Origin: a virus
Lineage: Duplodnaviria > Heunggongvirae > Uroviricota > Caudoviricetes
IMG/VR virus record: IMGVR_UViG_2778261417_000003
Reading direction: 5' to 3' (one strand)
DNA: 4,005 nucleotides
The translations under genes were made by a program, and so were the position numbers. The notes under the pieces were generated by a model. The model was not told the origin of the DNA. It saw nothing but the letters and a program-made list of their open reading frames with translations, and ran no database searches. This document shows, one piece after another, positions 1 through 4,005 of the stretch (its first letter is position 1; every line of letters begins with the position of its first letter).

Positions 1-474
1 AACTGTACGATTAAGGGCATGCTGGAGGCGAATCAGGTCAGAGGCGATTTTGTTAAAACAGTATCCAAATCATTCCCGAAGAAGGCTGGTACGTGGGGTA
101 ACACGGAAACACCAAACGGGACGGTTACAGTCACCATAAGCGATGATCATAACTTTGACCGTCAAATCATTATTCCGCCCATTATTTTTAACGGTGTGGC
201 GTATGACGATCCGGGGAGCGGAAATAACCCCGGAGGCACGCGATACACGGGTTATGGTTTTGAAGTTCGCAAAAACGGCGTATTAATCGCATCCAGAGAA
301 ACTAAAGGGGCCATTCCCGGTAGTTACAGTGCAGTTATTGATATGCCGAGTGGTGGTGGTAGCGTCACTCTGGAGTTTAAGATTTTCCAGAAAGGCAATC
401 AGGGGGCAGGCAATATCACCGACTGTACGGTGATTGTGACCAAAAAAGCCGCTTCCGGCATCAGTATTCGTTGA
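1..474 (+). CDS. J: C-terminal fragment (5'-truncated by the window edge) of a J-like tail tip / host-specificity protein (central tail fibre, receptor-binding end)
   Basis: Frame 1 is open from base 1 (aac tgt acg att aag ggc atg ...) to TGA at 472-474, so the ATG at 19 in the ORF track is internal, not the true start. The gene sits immediately upstream of lom and stf, which is the lambda late-region order J-lom-stf. The product is Gly/Thr/Val-rich and looks beta-rich, as expected for a fibre tip domain. Identity as J is by synteny and general resemblance, not a verified alignment. Confidence 0.7.
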   Translation, partial: NCTIKGMLEANQVRGDFVKTVSKSFPKKAGTWGNTETPNGTVTVTISDDHNFDRQIIIPPIIFNGVAYDDPGSGNNPGGTRYTGYGFEVRKNGVLIASRETKGAIPGSYSAVIDMPSGGGSVTLEFKIFQKGNQGAGNITDCTVIVTKKAASGISIR

Positions 475-492
475 AATTGTTATAACCCATAT

Positions 493-520
493 AAGGGCAC
501 CAGAAATGGTGCCTTTTTTA
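493..520 (+). terminator. Rho-independent terminator downstream of the J-like gene
   Basis: Hairpin with stem GGCACC (496-501) pairing GGTGCC (508-513), extendable by A/U and G/U pairs to AAGGGCACC / GGTGCCUUU, 6-nt loop agaaat, followed by a run of six T (514-519). The T-run is on the + strand side only, so it is oriented for + strand transcription. Confidence 0.7.
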
Positions 521-532
521 TTGCAGAAAAGC

Positions 533-538
533 GAGAGG
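533..538 (+). promoter_or_regulatory. Shine-Dalgarno sequence for lom
   Basis: GAGAGG at 533-538, with 5 nt (taatt) between it and the ATG at 544. Confidence 0.55.
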
Positions 539-543
539 TAATT

Positions 544-615
544 ATGCGTAAACTTTATGCCGCCATTTTTTCCGCAGCCATTTGTCTGGCCGTATCCGGT
601 GCGCCTGCATGGGCA
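544..615 (+). other. Predicted signal peptide of Lom (24 aa, cleavage after AWA)
   Basis: Basic N-terminus (MRK), hydrophobic core (LYAAIFSAAICLAVSGA), and an A-x-A motif (AWA) followed by SEHQ. Confidence 0.7.
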
Positions 616-1143
616 TCTGAACATCAGTCCACGCTGAGCGCGGGGTATCTTCATGCCTCGACGAACGTTCCCGGCAGTGATGATCTGAACGGGATTAACG
701 TGAAATACCGTTATGAGTTTACGGACACACTGGGGATGGTGACGTCGTTCAGCTATGCAGGAGACAAGAATCGCCAGCTGACCCATTACAGCGATACCCG
801 CTGGTATGAAGATTCCGTGCGTAACCGCTGGTTCAGCGTGATGGCGGGGCCGTCTGTACGCGTGAATGAATGGTTCAGCGCGTATGCGATGGCAGGCGTG
901 GCTTACAGCCGTGTGTCGACTTTCTCCGGGGATTATCTCCGCGTAACTGACAACAAGGGGAAAACGCACGATGTGCTGACCGGAAGTGATGACGGTCGCC
1001 ACAGCAACACGTCTCTGGCGTGGGGAGCTGGCGTGCAGTTTAACCCGACCGAATCCGTGGCCATTGATATTGCTTATGAAGGCTCCGGCAGTGGCGACTG
1101 GCGCACTGACGGGTTCATCGTGGGTGTTGGTTATAAGTTCTGA
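544..1143 (+). CDS. lom: Lom, an Ail/Lom/PagC-family 8-stranded beta-barrel outer-membrane protein (lysogenic-conversion / virulence-associated)
   Basis: The 199-aa ORF begins MRKLYAAIFSAAICLAVSGAPAWA-SEHQSTLSAGYLHAS..., which closely matches the lambda Lom sequence as I recall it. It has a typical Sec signal peptide with an AWA-SE signal peptidase I site, alternating amphipathic beta-strand segments, and a C-terminal ...VGVGYKF ending in Phe, the usual OMP beta-barrel assembly signature. Position between J and stf matches lambda. Confidence 0.92.
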   Translation: MRKLYAAIFSAAICLAVSGAPAWASEHQSTLSAGYLHASTNVPGSDDLNGINVKYRYEFTDTLGMVTSFSYAGDKNRQLTHYSDTRWYEDSVRNRWFSVMAGPSVRVNEWFSAYAMAGVAYSRVSTFSGDYLRVTDNKGKTHDVLTGSDDGRHSNTSLAWGAGVQFNPTESVAIDIAYEGSGSGDWRTDGFIVGVGYKF

Positions 1144-1169
1144 TTAGCCAGGTAACACAGTGTTATGAC

Positions 1170-1196
1170 AGCCCGCCGGTTCAGGCGGGCTTTTTT
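1170..1196 (+). terminator. Rho-independent terminator downstream of lom
   Basis: Perfect GC-rich stem GCCCGCC (1171-1177) pairing GGCGGGC (1184-1190), closed by an extra A-T pair (1170/1191), 6-nt loop ggttca, then TTTTTT (1191-1196). It starts 27 nt after the lom stop codon. Confidence 0.85.
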
Positions 1197-1198
1197 GT

Positions 1199-1203
1199 GG
1201 GGT
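1199..1203 (+). promoter_or_regulatory. Weak Shine-Dalgarno-like element for stf
   Basis: GGGGT at 1199-1203, 4 nt upstream of the ATG at 1208. It is G-rich but only a partial match to AGGAGG. Confidence 0.4.
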
Positions 1204-1207
1204 GAAT

Positions 1208-4005
1208 ATGGCAGTAAAGATTTCAGGTGTACTGAAAGACGGCACAGGAAAACCGGTACAGAACTGCACAATCCAGCTGAAAGCAAAACGTAACAGCACC
1301 ACGGTGGTGGTGAACACGCTGGCATCTGAAAATCCGGATGAAGCCGGGCGTTACAGTATGGACGTTGAGTACGGTCAGTACAGCGTTATTCTGTTGGTGG
1401 AGGGATTCCCGCCGTCACATGCCGGGACCATCACCGTGTATGAAGATTCTCAACCCGGTACGCTGAATGATTTTCTCGGTGCCATGACGGAGGATGATGC
1501 CCGTCCGGAGGCACTGCGCCGTTTTGAGCTGATGGTGGAAGAGGTGGCGCGTAACGCGTCCGCGGTGGCACAGAACACGGCAGCCGCGAAGAAATCAGCC
1601 AGCGATGCCAGCACATCAGCCCGTGAGGCGGCAACCCATGCGACTGATGCTGCAGGCTCAGCACGCGCAGCCAGCACGTCAGCCGGACAGGCCGCGTCGT
1701 CGGCTCAGTCAGCGTCTTCCAGCGCAGGAACGGCATCAACAAAGGCCACTGAAGCGGAAAAAAGTGCTGCCGCTGCAGAGTCCTCAAAAAGCGCGGCGGC
1801 CACCAGTGCCGGTGCCGCGAAAACGTCAGAAACGAATGCTGCAGCGTCACAAAAATCAGCAGCCACTTCTGCATCCACTGCGACGACGAAAGCGTCAGAA
1901 GCCGCCACTTCAGCCCGGGATGCGGCGGCCTCCAAAGAGGCGGCAAAATCATCAGAAACGAGCGCAGCCTCGAGCGCCAGCAGCGCAGCTTCCTCGGCAA
2001 CGGCGACAGCAAATTCTGCGAAGGCGGCCAAAACGTCCGAGACGAACGCTAAGTCTTCTGAAACGGCAGCGGGACAGAGTGCCTCAGCTGCGGCAGGCTC
2101 AAAAACAGCGGCTGCGTCGTCTGCCAGCGCCGCGTCAACAAGTGCCGGGCAGGCCTCAGCCAGTGCCACCGCCGCCGGAAAATCGGCAGAAAGCGCCGCA
2201 TCATCCGCTTCAACAGCCACAACGAAGGCTGGCGAAGCCACTGAGCAGGCCAGCGCAGCAGCGAGGTCAGCTTCCGCAGCGAAGACATCCGAAACGAACG
2301 CGAAAGCGTCGGAAACCCGTGCAGAATCCTCAAAAACGGCTGCCGCATCGTCCGCCAGTTCGGCGGCGTCATCGGCATCATCTGCGTCTGCTTCAAAAGA
2401 TGAGGCGACCAGACAGGCGTCAGCAGCGAAGGGCAGCGCCACGACAGCATCCACGAAGGCGACAGAGGCAGCTGGCAGTGCGACGGCGGCAGCACAGAGC
2501 AAAAGTACGGCGGAATCCGCGGCAACGCGCGCCGAGACAGCGGCAAAACGGGCAGAGGATATTGCATCCGCCGTGGCGCTTGAGGATGCGAGCACGACGA
2601 AAAAGGGGATAGTCCAGCTCAGCAGTGCGACCAACAGTACGTCTGAAACGCTGGCGGCAACGCCAAAGGCAGTAAAATCAGCCTATGACAATGCAGAGAA
2701 ACGTCTGCAGAAAGACCAGAACGGCGCTGATATACCCGATAAGGGACGCTTCCTGAACAACCTTAACGCGGTCAGTAAAACAGACTTTGCTGATAAGCGT
2801 GGTATGCGTTATGTGCGGGTTAACGCTCCTGCAGGTGCAACATCTGGAAAATATTACCCTGTTGTTGTTATGCGTTCTGCTGGCTCAGTAAGCGAACTGG
2901 CATCAAGGGTCATTATCACCACGGCAACGCGAACCGCAGGCGATCCGATGAATAACTGCGAGTTTAACGGATTTGTTATGCCTGGTGGCTGGACTGACAG
3001 GGGGCGTTATGCTTATGGAATGTTCTGGCAATATCAAAACAATGAACGAGCCATCCACTCAATAATGATGAGTAATAAGGGCGATGATTTGCGCTCTGTG
3101 TTCTATGTTGATGGCGCTGCTTTCCCTGTTTTTGCGTTTATCGAAGATGGCCTGTCAATATCCGCACCTGGTGCTGATCTCGTTGTTAATGATACGACCT
3201 ATAAGTTTGGTGCAACAAATCCGGCGACTGAATGTATCGCGGCGGACGTTATCCTTGATTTTAAGAGTGGGCGTGGTTTTTATGAGTCTCATTCGTTAAT
3301 CGTTAACGATAACTTGTCGTGCAAAAAACTTTTTGCCACAGACGAAATTGTAGCGCGTGGTGGTAATCAGATTCGAATGATAGGTGGGGAGTATGGTGCA
3401 TTATGGCGTAATGATGGCGCTAAAACTTACCTGCTGCTTACCAATCAAGGTGATGTTTATGGTGGCTGGAATACATTAAGACCGTTTGCTATTGATAACG
3501 CAACCGGCGAGCTGGTTATTGGAACCAAACTGTCCGCAAGTCTGAACGGTAATGCATTAACAGCAACAAAGCTGCAAACACCAAGACTGGTTTCTGGGGT
3601 TGAGTTTGATGGTTCCAGAGATATTACTTTAACCGCCGCGCACGTGGCTGCTTTTGCCAGAAGGGCAACGGATACATATGCCGATGCGGATGGTGGCGTT
3701 CCCTGGAATGCCGAATCAGGCGCTTACAATGTCACCCGCTCTGGCGACAGCTATATTCTGGTTAACTTCTATACCGGAGTCGGAAGTTGCCGGACCCTGC
3801 AGATGAAGGCGCATTACAGAAATGGAGGTCTGTTCTACCGTTCCTCAAGAGATGGCTATGGTTTTGAGGAAGGCTGGGCAGAAGTTTATACCTCGAAAAA
3901 TCTTCCACCAGAAAGCTACCCAGTTGGCGCACCAATCCCGTGGCCATCAGATACCGTTCCGTCTGGTTATGCCCTGATGCAGGGGCAGACTTTTGACAAA
4001 TCTGC
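1208..4005 (+). CDS. stf: Side tail fibre protein Stf, long mosaic form, 3'-truncated by the window edge (at least 932 codons present)
   Basis: Hand translation in frame 2 from ATG 1208 shows no stop codon through base 4005. The N-terminus [62 protein letters not shown]... matches the lambda Stf N-terminus as I recall it. A long Ala/Ser/Thr-rich repeat region follows, then a central module, and the window ends in ...[29 protein letters not shown], which resembles the conserved lambda Stf / T4 gp37-type segment. The ORF track omits it because it lacks a stop in the window. The length and central module resemble the long Stf homologues of E. coli lambdoid prophages (StfR-like) more than lambda Stf itself. 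Confidence 0.9.
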   Translation, partial: MAVKISGVLKDGTGKPVQNCTIQLKAKRNSTTVVVNTLASENPDEAGRYSMDVEYGQYSVILLVEGFPPSHAGTITVYEDSQPGTLNDFLGAMTEDDARPEALRRFELMVEEVARNASAVAQNTAAAKKSASDASTSAREAATHATDAAGSARAASTSAGQAASSAQSASSSAGTASTKATEAEKSAAAAESSKSAAATSAGAAKTSETNAAASQKSAATSASTATTKASEAATSARDAAASKEAAKSSETSAASSASSAASSATATANSAKAAKTSETNAKSSETAAGQSASAAAGSKTAAASSASAASTSAGQASASATAAGKSAESAASSASTATTKAGEATEQASAAARSASAAKTSETNAKASETRAESSKTAAASSASSAASSASSASASKDEATRQASAAKGSATTASTKATEAAGSATAAAQSKSTAESAATRAETAAKRAEDIASAVALEDASTTKKGIVQLSSATNSTSETLAATPKAVKSAYDNAEKRLQKDQNGADIPDKGRFLNNLNAVSKTDFADKRGMRYVRVNAPAGATSGKYYPVVVMRSAGSVSELASRVIITTATRTAGDPMNNCEFNGFVMPGGWTDRGRYAYGMFWQYQNNERAIHSIMMSNKGDDLRSVFYVDGAAFPVFAFIEDGLSISAPGADLVVNDTTYKFGATNPATECIAADVILDFKSGRGFYESHSLIVNDNLSCKKLFATDEIVARGGNQIRMIGGEYGALWRNDGAKTYLLLTNQGDVYGGWNTLRPFAIDNATGELVIGTKLSASLNGNALTATKLQTPRLVSGVEFDGSRDITLTAAHVAAFARRATDTYADADGGVPWNAESGAYNVTRSGDSYILVNFYTGVGSCRTLQMKAHYRNGGLFYRSSRDGYGFEEGWAEVYTSKNLPPESYPVGAPIPWPSDTVPSGYALMQGQTFDKS
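1820..2572 (+). repeat. Three imperfect in-frame tandem repeat units inside stf (about 210, 252 and 290 bp), each starting with the motif K-T-S-E-T-N-A
   Basis: The units start at 1820 (aaa acg tca gaa acg aat gct), 2030 (aaa acg tcc gag acg aac gct) and 2282 (aag aca tcc gaa acg aac gcg). Each also carries a recurring SSK-x-AAA-S/T-SA submotif (near 1778, 2093, 2321). Composition is almost entirely Ala/Ser/Thr with scattered Lys/Glu, and very GC-rich at the DNA level. Confidence 0.8.

Noticed and set aside
283-1002. 239-aa minus-strand ORF spanning the J 3' end, the J terminator and the first two-thirds of lom
   Set aside because: It runs antisense across two + strand genes with recognisable products and across an intergenic terminator. 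The protein has no recognisable features and is Cys/His/Arg-rich in a random-looking way. Most likely a chance ORF.
1131-1325. 64-aa minus-strand ORF overlapping the lom stop, the lom terminator and the stf start
   Set aside because: It spans an intergenic terminator hairpin and two gene ends, with no ribosome-binding site. Typical chance small ORF.
1431-2567. Additional minus-strand ORFs 1431..2012 (193 aa), 1450..1677 (75 aa) and 2049..2567 (172 aa), rich in Leu/Pro/Arg/Trp
   Set aside because: Same cause: antisense and shifted frames of the stf low-complexity region. They are mutually overlapping and lie inside a gene with strong homology support.
1820-2572. Possibility that the repeated DNA units are a CRISPR array or an intergenic repeat element
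   Set aside because: The units are imperfect, of unequal length (about 210, 252, 290 bp), contiguous with no spacers, and in frame inside a coding sequence. They encode a protein repeat, not a CRISPR array.
1605-2612. 335-aa + strand ORF that is extremely Arg/Pro/Gln-rich ([18 protein letters not shown]...), which could look like a protamine-like or nucleic-acid-binding protein
   Set aside because: It is the +1 frame of the stf Ala/Ser/Thr repeat tract: GCN/TCN/ACN codons read out of frame give CGN/CCN/CAN. It is nested entirely inside the well-supported stf frame, has no Shine-Dalgarno sequence, and is pure low complexity.
1705-2634. 309-aa minus-strand ORF that is Ala/Asp/Val-rich (antisense to stf)
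   Set aside because: It is the reverse complement of a GC-rich, Ala-codon-dominated repeat tract, which stays open in antisense frames by composition alone. No start context, and it fully overlaps stf.
3084-3947. Small ORFs 3084..3299 (+, 71 aa) and 3762..3947 (-, 61 aa)
   Set aside because: Both lie wholly inside the continuous stf reading frame, in out-of-frame or antisense orientation, with no supporting signals.
1-4005. Search for a novel defence or other undescribed system (toxin-antitoxin, restriction, abortive infection) hidden in this window
   Set aside because: All substantial coding capacity is accounted for by three syntenic lambdoid late-region genes (J-like, lom, stf), with only 70 and 64 nt of intergenic space, both occupied by terminators. 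The only accessory cargo is lom, which is a known moron type.

Overview
This window reads as a lambdoid phage or prophage late (tail) region, all on the + strand. It holds the 3' end of a J-like central tail fibre / host-specificity gene (1..474), an intrinsic terminator, an intact lom gene for an Ail/Lom-family outer-membrane protein (544..1143), a second intrinsic terminator, and the first ~2.8 kb of a side tail fibre gene, stf (1208..4005+, running off the window). The stf ORF is absent from the supplied ORF track because it has no stop codon inside the window; I translated it by hand in frame 2 and found it open from ATG 1208 to the last base. Gene identities rest on my recollection of phage lambda protein sequences (Lom, Stf N-terminus, Stf 'GAPIPWPSD' segment) and on the conserved J-lom-stf order; no database search was possible. 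I do not see a novel defence or other undescribed system. The points worth a second look are the mosaic architecture of Stf (a three-copy Ala/Ser/Thr-rich repeat tract, then a low-GC central module of about 415 aa that lambda Stf does not have, as far as I recall), the terminator-bracketed lom 'moron', and an unresolved lom promoter. Every long ORF in other frames or on the minus strand across 1430..2634 is a low-complexity artefact of the GC-rich repeat tract.
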